This document shows positions 47,129 through 55,755 of a stretch of DNA of 64,000 nucleotides, in pieces. This DNA is from Acidimicrobiales bacterium. Its GTDB lineage: Bacteria > Actinomycetota > Acidimicrobiia > Acidimicrobiales > JACCXE01. The notes below the pieces were generated by a model. That model was not told the origin of the DNA and ran no database searches. It worked only from the letters and a program-made list of their open reading frames with translations. The stretch spans positions 1,212-65,211 of the forward strand of contig JBKJQZ010000069.1 of assembly GCA_046594835.1 (NCBI GenBank). The letters are read 5' to 3'. The translations under genes and the position numbers were made by a program. Position 1 is the first letter of the stretch, and the number at the start of each line of letters is the position of its first letter.

Positions 47129-48960
47129 TACCAGCCTCCTCCTCCGCCACCACCGCCGCCGCCACCGGAGAAGCCGCCGCCTCCAGAGAAGCCGCTACCC
47201 CCAGACGCGCCGGGTGTGGAGACGATTGTTCCTGACGTTTGCACGGTGAAGCTCGACATCGATCCCGCGAAACTGCCGAACGCGAACGCGTTCCAGGTTC
47301 CGTACGGGTGGTACCAGCCCATGCCCGGGGGTGCGGCGTCGCCGCCGTAGATGCCTTCAAACGCTTTCGCCCAGCGATCGGTCTCGCCGAAGACGATCGC
47401 GTACGGCAGGTACTTGGCGAAAATGTTCTCTTCCTCGGCGAACTTCATGCGGTCTGCCTCGGCCGTCGCGATGTACTGCTTGAAGCCCAGCACCGTGTTG
47501 AGCGCAGCGCTGCCCTTCGCTGTACGCGCCGGCATCCAATGGTGCGCGACGAGCAGCGTGAGCGCGGCCAGCACCAGCGGCACCCCGAGCAGGGCGGCGT
47601 GGGTGTCGATGGCCAGGCCAACCGTGACCGCAGTTGCGACGATGAGGGCTAAGACGCCAAGGACGAGGTACTTCGCGCGCGTGTTCTGCGGTTGCTGCGT
47701 GTACCAACCCTGCTTGACGCAATCGACGTAGAGGCTGTCCTGCACCTTCTTGAGGTCGGATGCGAACTTGTTCTTCAGCTCCGACAGGTGCACTTCATCG
47801 CGGCCGTCGAACAGCGCGTCGAACAGAATCGATTCGAAGGGCAGGAACGTGTCGTCGGCCGGCTTCACCTTGGTCATCTTCCAGTCAGCCTTCGAGAACA
47901 AGCCGCCCTTCTCCACCTCTTCCAGGGTGAGGAAGCCGCGCACACCGAGGTCGATCATGGTGGCGGTCACGTCGATCGGGTCGGCCGATTCGTCGATGAG
48001 CACGCCCACCTGCGCCGGACGCGCGTCGTCCGGCGGTCGGAACTGCACCGGGCCACCCTTGCGGTCGAGCAGCGGGCGAGGTGCCTCCGCTCCCGTTCCC
48101 GAAACGGCGCGACGGTCGCGGCCCTTGCGAAAAATGAGGCGGCCGACGAGTCCGGCGGCAACGAGCAAGATCGCAAGCGACCCACCACCCGTCGCCGGAG
48201 TGATGGCGAAGGCGCGCTGGAAGCTCCACTTCTCGTCGAGGATCGGGGCGATGCCCGCAGGCGCGATGACGCCCTTGTCGATGGCCACCGCGATGGTGAC
48301 GCCGCTGGCGGGAGGCAGCAGGCCCTGGTGGAACGTGGCCTCGGTCTTGGACAGGCGCTGCGCAGAATCGCAGGTGAGGTTCGACTGGTAGCCGCCGGTG
48401 AAGCAGCGCACCTCGCTGATGCCGTCAGGGGCGTGCACGGCGATGTCGGTGCTGTCGATGGGGATCTGCCAACCCAGACCAACGACGTTCCAATACAACT
48501 CGTCGTGATCGTCGAACCCGTTCAGCGCACCGACCAACGTGTAGCTGATCGTGTAGGTGTGCTCGCCAGTTTCAGTTACATCGCCGTCGCCGATCTTGAG
48601 CGTCTTCTCGCGGCCCTCGTCGGTGATCTCGGTGGAAGCCGACGCGCCCGTCGCGCGCACGTGGATGTTGCGCATTTTGTAGACGCGCTCGTATTTCGCG
48701 TCGTAGTCGAAGCGGACTTGGAAGTTACGGAAGATGCCGTGATGCGGTTCATTGGCGAAGTCGACGTCGATCGTCTCGACGACCTTGACCTGACCGTTGG
48801 GCTGGATCGCCATGTCGATGGTCTGATGGTCGATGTGGAAGCCGGGGCTCTGGTCTGTCTGGGCGCCGACGGACGGCGCGCCAATCAGCAGCGCGACACC
48901 GACGAGAGCGACGCCCGCGCCGAGGCTTCTAAAACTGCGCACTTGGCGCCACCTTTGCAT
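47128..48960 (-). CDS. DUF2207 domain membrane protein with Gly-rich C-terminal tail
   Basis: It has a signal/TM segment, an extracytoplasmic DUF2207-like N-domain, 3 TM helices and the tail SGGSGFSGGGGFSGGGGGGGGGGGW. It follows LemA, as is typical. Confidence 0.8.
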   Translation of the reverse strand: MQRWRQVRSFRSLGAGVALVGVALLIGAPSVGAQTDQSPGFHIDHQTIDMAIQPNGQVKVVETIDVDFANEPHHGIFRNFQVRFDYDAKYERVYKMRNIHVRATGASASTEITDEGREKTLKIGDGDVTETGEHTYTISYTLVGALNGFDDHDELYWNVVGLGWQIPIDSTDIAVHAPDGISEVRCFTGGYQSNLTCDSAQRLSKTEATFHQGLLPPASGVTIAVAIDKGVIAPAGIAPILDEKWSFQRAFAITPATGGGSLAILLVAAGLVGRLIFRKGRDRRAVSGTGAEAPRPLLDRKGGPVQFRPPDDARPAQVGVLIDESADPIDVTATMIDLGVRGFLTLEEVEKGGLFSKADWKMTKVKPADDTFLPFESILFDALFDGRDEVHLSELKNKFASDLKKVQDSLYVDCVKQGWYTQQPQNTRAKYLVLGVLALIVATAVTVGLAIDTHAALLGVPLVLAALTLLVAHHWMPARTAKGSAALNTVLGFKQYIATAEADRMKFAEEENIFAKYLPYAIVFGETDRWAKAFEGIYGGDAAPPGMGWYHPYGTWNAFAFGSFAGSMSSFTVQTSGTIVSTPGASGGSGFSGGGGFSGGGGGGGGGGGW

Positions 48961-49471
48961 CGAGATCGGCTTGGAAATACTCGGCGGTCCGGAAGCCGAG
49001 TGGCTTGGCCAGCACCACGTTCGGGAACTGTTCCTGCGCGGTGTTGTAGTTGCGTACGGTGCCGTTGTAATAGCGGCGAGCGAAGGAGATGTCTTCTTCG
49101 AGAGTGGCCAACTCCGTCTGCAGCTGCAGAAAGTTCGTGTTGGCCTTGAGGTCCGGATAGTCCTCGGCGACCGCGAGCAGCGAGCCGACGGCCTGGCTCA
49201 CTTTCTCTTCGGCGGCCCCGGCCTGCGCTGCGCCACGCGCGTTCGTGCGCGCCGCAACAACCTGCTCAAGCGTCTGCTGCTCGTGCAGTTGGTAGCCCTT
49301 GACCGTCTCAACGAGGTTCGGCACGAGATCGGCCCGGCGGGTGAGTTGCACGTCGATACCTGACCATGCGTCGGCGACCTGGTTGCGCTGTTTGACCAGC
49401 TTGTTGAACGTGACCACGGCAAAAACTGCCAGCACCACAACGAGAACTACGGCAACCCCGACTCCCAACAT
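48929..49471 (-). CDS. lemA: LemA family protein
   Basis: An N-terminal TM is followed by FNKLVKQRNQVADAWSGIDVQLTRRADLVPNLVETVKGY and EDISFARRYYNGTVRNYN. Only the last 180 codons of the 341-aa track ORF are credible. Confidence 0.88.
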   Translation of the reverse strand: MLGVGVAVVLVVVLAVFAVVTFNKLVKQRNQVADAWSGIDVQLTRRADLVPNLVETVKGYQLHEQQTLEQVVAARTNARGAAQAGAAEEKVSQAVGSLLAVAEDYPDLKANTNFLQLQTELATLEEDISFARRYYNGTVRNYNTAQEQFPNVVLAKPLGFRTAEYFQADLDAKVAPSAQF

Positions 49472-49532
49472 GCGGTCGACGCTAGTGGGGGCGCCGTGTC
49501 TGATCGCGCTCGCCGCAGGGTATGCCACCGCC

Positions 49533-50015
49533 ATGGGAGTTATCCGCAAGACGATGTCAATTGGCACCTTGGGTCTGGTCAATTTTCGCAGCAAGAAAGA
49601 AAAGCTGCGTCGCGCTGAGCGCGGGATGGCCGACGCTCTGACTGCACGCGACGCCGAGCACATGGCTCGCTCCGTCGCCGAGTCGGGTTTCAGCAAGGTC
49701 GAGGCGGAACTGAAGCGCCTCAGCGCCTCGGAAGAAAAGGCCTCCAAGCAACTGGCCCGTCTGCGTAAGCGGAGCCGCAACGTACGCAAGGCGGACCGCC
49801 TTAGCGGCGTCATCGCTGGAGCGACCCCGATCATGAAAGACGGCATGGAATCGGCGCGTTCCACTGCGCAGACGATGGCGACCCACGGTCGCAAGCACGG
49901 CCGCAAGGCCAACAAGGCGGCCCGCACTGCAGCGAAGCGCGCCTCCCACGACATTCGTGTTGGCGCCGAAAAGGTGCTGGGCGAAGCCCGCGCAGTGCTC
50001 GCCTCCGAGTCCTAA
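49533..50015 (+). CDS. Basic, Lys/Arg/Ala-rich hypothetical protein
   Basis: ATG at 49533, divergent from lemA. The product MGVIRKTMSIGTLGLVNFRSKKEKLRRAE... looks helical or coiled-coil and belongs to no recognised family. Confidence 0.45.
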   Translation: MGVIRKTMSIGTLGLVNFRSKKEKLRRAERGMADALTARDAEHMARSVAESGFSKVEAELKRLSASEEKASKQLARLRKRSRNVRKADRLSGVIAGATPIMKDGMESARSTAQTMATHGRKHGRKANKAARTAAKRASHDIRVGAEKVLGEARAVLASES

Positions 50016-51052
50016 ACCGCGAACGCGTCGATCAGTCGGCGCACCCAGTCCGCAATGTTCTGGTAGTTCGTCGCCTCCGTCTTGCCACTGCGCACGATCA
50101 CAAGATCGAGCGCTGGCACCACAACGATGCGTTGCCCCTCGTAGCCGCTGCACCGGAACGTTCCGTACGCGTCGTCGTGCACCCACCAGTGCGCTCCGTA
50201 CCCACTGCCGTCGTCGTCGCTTGACCGGAGTTGTCGGGCGTGGTCTACCCAACCTTCGGGCAACAAGCGGTGTCCATTCCAGACGCCGTCGCGCAGGTAC
50301 AGGTAGCCGAATCGGGCAAAGTCCTGCGCGGTCGCGTGCACGTACGAACTCGCGATCCACGTGCCCGCCGCGTCGAAGCGGGCGGTGGCGCTACGCATTC
50401 CGATGGGTTCGAATAGCCGGTCATGCAAAAAGGTGTTGTAAGCCTCGCCGGCTCCGACCGCCCGCGCGACGATGCGCGACACGATGTTGGTGGTGCCACT
50501 TGAGTAGTTGAAGCGGTCGCCGGGGGATGCGCGCAGCCCGCGGGCGGCGGCGAAGTGCGCGACATCGGCCGCGCCTGTGCCGAAGAGCATCTCGATCACG
50601 TCAGATCGATCCGCGTCCACGTAGTCCTCGAGGAAGTCGAGGCCGTCGCGCATCTCGAGGAGCTGCTGGAGCGTGATGGTGCTGCGGGCGTCGTTGGCGT
50701 CGCGCCATTCCGGCACGTCGACGGGCGCGTGGAGTTCGAGGCGGCCTTCGGCCACGAGCATGCCGACGAGCGCGTGCAGCATCGACTTGGCCATCGACCA
50801 ACTCAGCAGCGGCGTGGCCGCCGTGATCGGTTCGGACGGCCGATCGAAGTGGTCGATGGCGTGGGCGTAGCGCTCGGCGATGAGACGTCCGCGATGAACT
50901 ATCGCGACCGCGAAGGTCCGAGCGAGCAGCCCGTCGTCGTCGAAGGCTTCGTCGAGGAGCGGGTCGATGTCGACGCCCGCAGGAGCGTCGCCGAGCGGCC
51001 AGGTATCGGTGGGCCAGGCCAGGCCGTTGGGTTGGGGCGGGAGGGGCAGCAT
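50012..51052 (-). CDS. Serine hydrolase, beta-lactamase/transpeptidase-like (class C type)
   Basis: The SxxK motif is in SWSMAKSM. YSSGTT and the C-terminal HWW...GYEGQ are typical. The ATG at 51052 immediately follows the upstream stop. Confidence 0.8.
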   Translation of the reverse strand: MLPLPPQPNGLAWPTDTWPLGDAPAGVDIDPLLDEAFDDDGLLARTFAVAIVHRGRLIAERYAHAIDHFDRPSEPITAATPLLSWSMAKSMLHALVGMLVAEGRLELHAPVDVPEWRDANDARSTITLQQLLEMRDGLDFLEDYVDADRSDVIEMLFGTGAADVAHFAAARGLRASPGDRFNYSSGTTNIVSRIVARAVGAGEAYNTFLHDRLFEPIGMRSATARFDAAGTWIASSYVHATAQDFARFGYLYLRDGVWNGHRLLPEGWVDHARQLRSSDDDGSGYGAHWWVHDDAYGTFRCSGYEGQRIVVVPALDLVIVRSGKTEATNYQNIADWVRRLIDAFAV

Positions 51053-51054
51053 TG

Positions 51055-51864
51055 TTAGGTGGTGGAGATCCGCAGCGTTGCGCGCTCGTAGTCCACGCGG
51101 AGCGTAAAACGTTCGAGCAAGTTGCCGCCGAGCAGGCCGTCGCCAGCGGTGACGAACCCGGGATCGCTCACTACCTCGAAGGGCGCGAGCACGACTCGTC
51201 CCCACACACCCTGACGCGTGCCGGTCATCCGAATCGGCACCCGCTCACGAATGTGAGTCGTGACCGACCCCGTGTCGAGGAGCAGATGTTGGGTGAGGCT
51301 GCCGAGCGAGATGCGCGCCGTGAACACGCCGTTGTCGTAACGGGTCGGGACGAGCGTGCCGAGCACCGCGGTACCCGCGGGCTCGCCCAATTGCAGTTGC
51401 CGCGCGGGAAAGTTCAGCGTGAGGCGACCGTAGCGGCGCAACACTTGCGCACCGATAAGGCCGTCGACGCCCTTGAGATCGTCGCGGGTCGTTTTGAGTG
51501 CGATCAGGGGTTCGGTCTTGCCGATCTCCAGCCGGGTCTTGCCGATACGCAGCGCGGTCAGGTCGGTTGCGGCGAACAGCCCCGCGTCGGTGCGCGTCCG
51601 CTTGCCGAGGGCAAGCTTTGCCCGCTTCGCGGCGCCGGGTGTCAACACGACCCCCGCGTCGGTGGTGGCGATGAGCAGTCGAACGAGGTGCGCTTCGCCT
51701 TCAGTGTTGATCACGTCGGCCTCGACGATCGGCCGGTGGTTGACGACGTCGATAGGCGCGGCGATCGGAGGCGGCGCTGCCTCGCTGCGTTGGCACCCAC
51801 CCAGTGCTGCTGCTGCAACCGCGAAAGTCGTCACGGCAAGTGAACTTCGCCAGACCGCAGTCAT
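51055..51864 (-). CDS. Lipoprotein with two retropepsin-like aspartic protease domains
   Basis: GGGGAGG RBS. The lipobox-like signal is TTFAVAAAALGGC. Two D(T/A)G motifs are present, LIATTDAGVVL and LLLDTGSVT. Confidence 0.7.
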   Translation of the reverse strand: MTAVWRSSLAVTTFAVAAAALGGCQRSEAAPPPIAAPIDVVNHRPIVEADVINTEGEAHLVRLLIATTDAGVVLTPGAAKRAKLALGKRTRTDAGLFAATDLTALRIGKTRLEIGKTEPLIALKTTRDDLKGVDGLIGAQVLRRYGRLTLNFPARQLQLGEPAGTAVLGTLVPTRYDNGVFTARISLGSLTQHLLLDTGSVTTHIRERVPIRMTGTRQGVWGRVVLAPFEVVSDPGFVTAGDGLLGGNLLERFTLRVDYERATLRISTT

Positions 51865-51936
51865 GGCTGCACCTCCCCGTTGTGCGCCGTCAATTCTGCC
51901 CGAAATGGTTAGTTCTCTGTAGGGTCGGCCGGCATC

Positions 51937-52443
51937 GTGGCTGATTGGTTGAGTGAACGGAGTCGCAACGGTGGGCTCGATGAGATCCCCCTGCCCTCGG
52001 GGCCGGGGAGGATGTGGATGTGCGGCAAGCACCTCGTGGGCCCTGATCCCGAAGCAGCGTTGGCTCGCAGTGGCGCGTCCACGATCGTGTGCCTCAACGA
52101 GATCGGCGAGCTCGCGTCGCGTTATCCGGACTACGTCGAGTGGCTGCGCGGCCACGACGGTGAGCGCGCGATGTGGGTGCCAACCCACGATATGCACGGC
52201 CTGGCCGACCTCGAATCAGTGGTGGACGCGGTGCGACGTCGCCTCGACGACGGCCAGGGCGTGATCGTCCACTGCGGCGCCGGCATCGGGCGCGCCGGCA
52301 CGCTCGGCATTGCGGTGTTGCTGTCACTCGGGATGAGCCTCGACGCCGCGCTAGCGCACGTGCGGGCGCACCGGCCGATGGCCGGGCCACAAACGCGTGA
52401 GCAGGAACTTGCGCTCGAGGACTACGCCCGCTCTTTGGGTTAG
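51937..52443 (+). CDS. Dual-specificity / protein-tyrosine phosphatase family protein
   Basis: The CX5R P-loop is VIVHCGAGIGRAGT. Confidence 0.8.
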   Translation: MADWLSERSRNGGLDEIPLPSGPGRMWMCGKHLVGPDPEAALARSGASTIVCLNEIGELASRYPDYVEWLRGHDGERAMWVPTHDMHGLADLESVVDAVRRRLDDGQGVIVHCGAGIGRAGTLGIAVLLSLGMSLDAALAHVRAHRPMAGPQTREQELALEDYARSLG

Positions 52444-52452
52444 ATCGCTCAG

Positions 52453-53235
52453 TTAGATCGACCAGCGCGCGAAGGCGCGCTGGGTGAGCGCACGGAACCG
52501 GGCAACGTCTGGCGCGAGGCACACAGCGAGTCGTTGCGTTGTCTCGTCATCGAGGTCGGGGCGCGCCACTTTGGTGGTCGCCGTGTTGTGCTCGTGCTCG
52601 AACGCGTCGATCCAGAACGATTCGTCGACGCCGATGAATGCGAACAGTGCGCGCAACGTGGTGCGACGGTCGTCGCGTAGGTCAGCCTGGTCGATCACGT
52701 GCACGCGCGCGGGGCCAAACAATCCGAGGTGATGGCCGTAGCGGCTCGCGGCGACGTACGGGTTCGTGCGTGGGTCAAGGTCGCGCAGCGCGTCGACCAA
52801 CGAGCGTTCGTCGTTGCCGAGCCCGTGCTGTTCGCCCCAATGGGCGACGACCCGCGGAATCGGATCGCCGACGACGTAGACGAACTTTGCGTCCTCGGGC
52901 AGAACCACTTCCATCTGCTCGACCACGTGCGGGATGAACGGATCCATCGAGTAACTCGGCGACGACTCGCCGCGCACCGCCCGCGTACCGTCGAATTGAT
53001 CGGCGTACCAACCGAGCCGTTCGATCCACCGATTGCCACCGAAGAGCATGAGTTCCTTGCGAGGCGACATCGCGATCTCCGGGTGCGCGGCGAGGTAGCG
53101 GTGTAGCGCGGTGGTGCCGCACTTTGCCGCGCCGATCACGATCAGGTTCGGTAGCGCGACGCGCTGCTGCAGGGTCAGCGGGGCGAGCGGCTGCGCTGGC
53201 GCCGGTGGTGGGTTGTACGGCTCAGGCTGCTTCAT
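52453..53235 (-). CDS. Sulfotransferase family protein
   Basis: The 5'-PSB loop is IVIGAAKCGTTAL. A 3'-PB-like region is also present (RGESSPSY). Confidence 0.8.
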   Translation of the reverse strand: MKQPEPYNPPPAPAQPLAPLTLQQRVALPNLIVIGAAKCGTTALHRYLAAHPEIAMSPRKELMLFGGNRWIERLGWYADQFDGTRAVRGESSPSYSMDPFIPHVVEQMEVVLPEDAKFVYVVGDPIPRVVAHWGEQHGLGNDERSLVDALRDLDPRTNPYVAASRYGHHLGLFGPARVHVIDQADLRDDRRTTLRALFAFIGVDESFWIDAFEHEHNTATTKVARPDLDDETTQRLAVCLAPDVARFRALTQRAFARWSI

Positions 53236-53474
53236 GCACGCACGAGGTCGATCTCGATGATTCGGTCCGACAGTTGGATTACGCAGGTGCTGGCGGCTTG
53301 TTCAACATCGGACACTTCGAGTCCGAGTCGCGCTGCGGCCTCTGCCCCGACAAAGGTCCAGCCTCCTCCGGTGTCGAGGTGGCACCGCACGGTTACCTCG
53401 CCTTTCGGTCCTCTGAGTCGCACCTGCACGCACGGAGTCGCGTGAACGACCTCCATGTCGACGGTGGTGGCCAC
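53232..53474 (-). CDS. Small retropepsin-like (single D-T-G) protein, translationally coupled to the sulfotransferase
   Basis: VQVRLRGPKGEVTVRCHLDTGGGWTFVGAEAAARLGLEV resembles a retropepsin half-domain. Its stop overlaps the sulfotransferase ATG (ATGA). The start is the GTG at 53474 or the ATG at 53456. Confidence 0.45.
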   Translation of the reverse strand: MATTVDMEVVHATPCVQVRLRGPKGEVTVRCHLDTGGGWTFVGAEAAARLGLEVSDVEQAASTCVIQLSDRIIEIDLVRA

Positions 53475-53991
53475 CCGCGGAGCGTACCGACGATCACGAG
53501 TGCGACGATGGGTCGTGGACTCGGAGTCACAGCAGCGGTTCGACGATCAGCTGGCCAAGGTTGGAACGCCCATCTTTGGGCTGGACGCGCGCTCGCAGTG
53601 GGAGCGCAGCGTTGGCGGTTGGGGCATGAGCGAAATCGAGCTTCGTCATCGCCGCGACGACAAGTGGCTCGAAGTGCACACGAGCACGCGTGACGGGGGT
53701 AGGCCGTTGGCGGTCAACCTGGCGCTGACGCGCTGGATGGGTGTGCGCTTCGGCTTCGAAGACGACTACGACTTTCCGATCGAATTACGAATCGATCGAT
53801 CGGCGCGGCCACTTTCCGTCGACGGCGTAGACGTCGTCTTCGACGTTGTCGGCGACGCCGAGAGCTGGATTGCGTCAGCTGTGATGGTCGATCGAAGCGT
53901 ACTGATCGATGCCCGGCGGGTTTCGTTTAAGGATGTTGGTCTGGTCACGGCCTCGCTTGACGACTACTGGAACCCGTGGAAAGAGCAGTGA
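53455..53991 (+). CDS. Hypothetical protein
   Basis: 178-aa ORF with coding-like GC3 and no recognisable motif. The start is uncertain, because the ATG at 53455 overlaps the divergent gene's start region. Confidence 0.45.
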   Translation: MSTVVATRGAYRRSRVRRWVVDSESQQRFDDQLAKVGTPIFGLDARSQWERSVGGWGMSEIELRHRRDDKWLEVHTSTRDGGRPLAVNLALTRWMGVRFGFEDDYDFPIELRIDRSARPLSVDGVDVVFDVVGDAESWIASAVMVDRSVLIDARRVSFKDVGLVTASLDDYWNPWKEQ

Positions 53992-54072
53992 CCTGCTCAA
54001 CGAGTTCACGCTCGGGCTGGTGCCACTCGCGGGTGGCCTCACCGCAAAGTCCTCGCGGGTAACTTCGTCGCC

Positions 54073-54591
54073 GTGGCGGGAGAACTAAGGCGCTACAGCT
54101 CGTGGCGAGGGCGGCGGCTCACCCTGCGTGAGGCGCTGCTCGAGCGCTTGGCGATGGCCGGTGCCGGCAACCTGTTTCTGCTCCACATCGCGCCGAGGCT
54201 CGACCCGGTTCTGATTCCGCGTTCGAACGGGCGCATCAGCTCGACGGGCGTGAACCGCGTTGGCTTGCTCACCACCACGGGAGCAAACAGCGGCATGGCG
54301 CGCACGCATCCGGTCGTGCTGATCGACGACGGCGATGGACTGATCGCCGTCGGCTCGTACTACGGCCGGCCCACTCACCCTGCGTGGACCCACAATCTGG
54401 TGGCCCATCCCGAGTGTGACGTTCGTTTTCGCGGCCCGCTGCGGCGCTACCGCGCCGAACTCCTTGAAGGGGCGCCGCGCGCGGACGCGTGGCGCACGGC
54501 GCTCGACTTCTACGCGGGTTACGCGCTCTACGAGGAGCGGGCCGCGCCGCGGGTCATCCGACTTTTCCGGCTGCGACCCGTCGACGACTAG
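54073..54591 (+). CDS. Deazaflavin (F420)-dependent nitroreductase family protein (DDN-like)
   Basis: GLLTTTGANSGMARTHPVVLIDDGDGLIAVGSYYGRPTHPAWTHNLVAHPECDV...RVIRLFRL follows the DDN/PNPOx-like split-barrel pattern. Confidence 0.8.
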   Translation: MAGELRRYSSWRGRRLTLREALLERLAMAGAGNLFLLHIAPRLDPVLIPRSNGRISSTGVNRVGLLTTTGANSGMARTHPVVLIDDGDGLIAVGSYYGRPTHPAWTHNLVAHPECDVRFRGPLRRYRAELLEGAPRADAWRTALDFYAGYALYEERAAPRVIRLFRLRPVDD

Positions 54592-55067
54592 GCGAGAAGC
54601 TTCTCGATCTCTTTCGTGAGCTTCTCGGGCTTGGTGGTGGAGCCGAAGCGCTTGATGACCTTGCCGTCACCGTCGACGAGAAACTTGGTGAAGTTCCACT
54701 TGATCTTGTTACCGAGCATCCCGCTCTTGGCCGAGCGGAGAAACTTGAAGATCGGGTGCGACTCGCTGCCGTTCACGTTGACCTTGGCGAAGAGCGGGAA
54801 CGTGACGCCGTAGTTCTTCTTGCAGAACGTGGCGATTTCGTCGTTGGGACCCGGCTCCTGATGACCGAACTGGTCGCACGGGAACCCGAGCACCGCGAAG
54901 CCGCGGTCGCCGTACTGGTCTTGCAGCTTCTGCAGGCCGTCGTACTGAGGGGTAAAGCCGCAGTTCGACGCCGTGTTCACCACGAGGACGACCTTTCCTT
55001 TGTAGTCAGACAGCGACTCCTCGTCACCGTTGATTTTGATCGCGTCGAAGTCGTGGAGGGTCGCCAT
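54588..55067 (-). CDS. gpx: Glutathione peroxidase (Cys type)
   Basis: VVLVVNTASNCGFTPQY, LGFPCDQFGHQEPG and IKWNFTKFLVD are present. GC content is clearly below that of the neighbours (about 50-57% in two 60-nt samples I counted). Confidence 0.9.
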   Translation of the reverse strand: MATLHDFDAIKINGDEESLSDYKGKVVLVVNTASNCGFTPQYDGLQKLQDQYGDRGFAVLGFPCDQFGHQEPGPNDEIATFCKKNYGVTFPLFAKVNVNGSESHPIFKFLRSAKSGMLGNKIKWNFTKFLVDGDGKVIKRFGSTTKPEKLTKEIEKLLA

Positions 55068-55114
55068 AGCGTTATTCCGTAACCCCGTTTCGACTCGGAT
55101 GATTCCCGCTTGCA

Positions 55115-55137
55115 ATTCGTACGAATAATTTTTATTC
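55115..55137. promoter_or_regulatory. Two overlapping palindromes, ATTCGTACGAAT and GAATAA-TTT-TTATTC (candidate TetR operator)
   Basis: Read directly in the AT-rich 76-bp region between the divergent gpx (start 55067) and TetR (start 55144) genes. Confidence 0.45.
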
Positions 55138-55143
55138 TTACCG

Positions 55144-55755
55144 GTGATGGCACCCAACCCTGCTGCGCTACAGACCGACGACCCGATCCGGGTTCAGCTG
55201 CTCGACGCGGCCGCGCGCGTCTTTGCCGCCAAGGGCTACTCGGGCACCAAGATCCAAGACATCGTCAAAGAGGCAGGCCTTTCGACCGGAGCGGTCTACG
55301 GCCGCTTCCGATCCAAGGACGAGCTGCTGCGTGAGGCCGTTATCGCGCAGCGCGGCAGCTTCGCCCACATGGATTCGCTCAAGGGCGTCAAGGTGGCCGA
55401 CGTCATCCGTGCGGTAGCGAGCACAAAGCGCACCACGCTGTCCGACGCCGAAGCGGTGAGGCTCGAAGCCTTCGTCACCGCTCGTCGCGAGCCCGACGTC
55501 GCAAGCGCGGTGGCCGAGGCCCAAGCGGAATGGCGCGAAGGCGTGCAGCCGCTGGTCGAAGCCGCGCTTGCAGACGGCACCGTCGGCGAAGGCGTCGACC
55601 CCGAAGCCGTTTTGTTCTTTGTCCGCACCATGCACCTCGGCCTGCTGCTCCAACGCGGCGCCGGCATCCCAGGGCCCGACCCCGCGTCGTGGAACGAACT
55701 CATCACCCGCATCGTCGCCAGCTTTGGCGACTCAGCTTCAGGAGAAACCGAATGA
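55144..55755 (+). CDS. TetR/AcrR family transcriptional regulator
   Basis: The HTH is RVQLLDAAARVFAAKGYSGTKIQDIVKEAGLSTGAVYGRFRSKDELL. Confidence 0.88.
   Translation: MMAPNPAALQTDDPIRVQLLDAAARVFAAKGYSGTKIQDIVKEAGLSTGAVYGRFRSKDELLREAVIAQRGSFAHMDSLKGVKVADVIRAVASTKRTTLSDAEAVRLEAFVTARREPDVASAVAEAQAEWREGVQPLVEAALADGTVGEGVDPEAVLFFVRTMHLGLLLQRGAGIPGPDPASWNELITRIVASFGDSASGETE

Noticed and set aside
47131-47215. Low-complexity ccgcc/ccacc repeats, and the plus-strand poly-Pro ORF 47057..47350
   Set aside because: This is not a CRISPR array or a tandem-repeat element. It is the Gly-rich C-terminal tail of the minus-strand DUF2207 protein, and the poly-Pro ORF is its antisense image.
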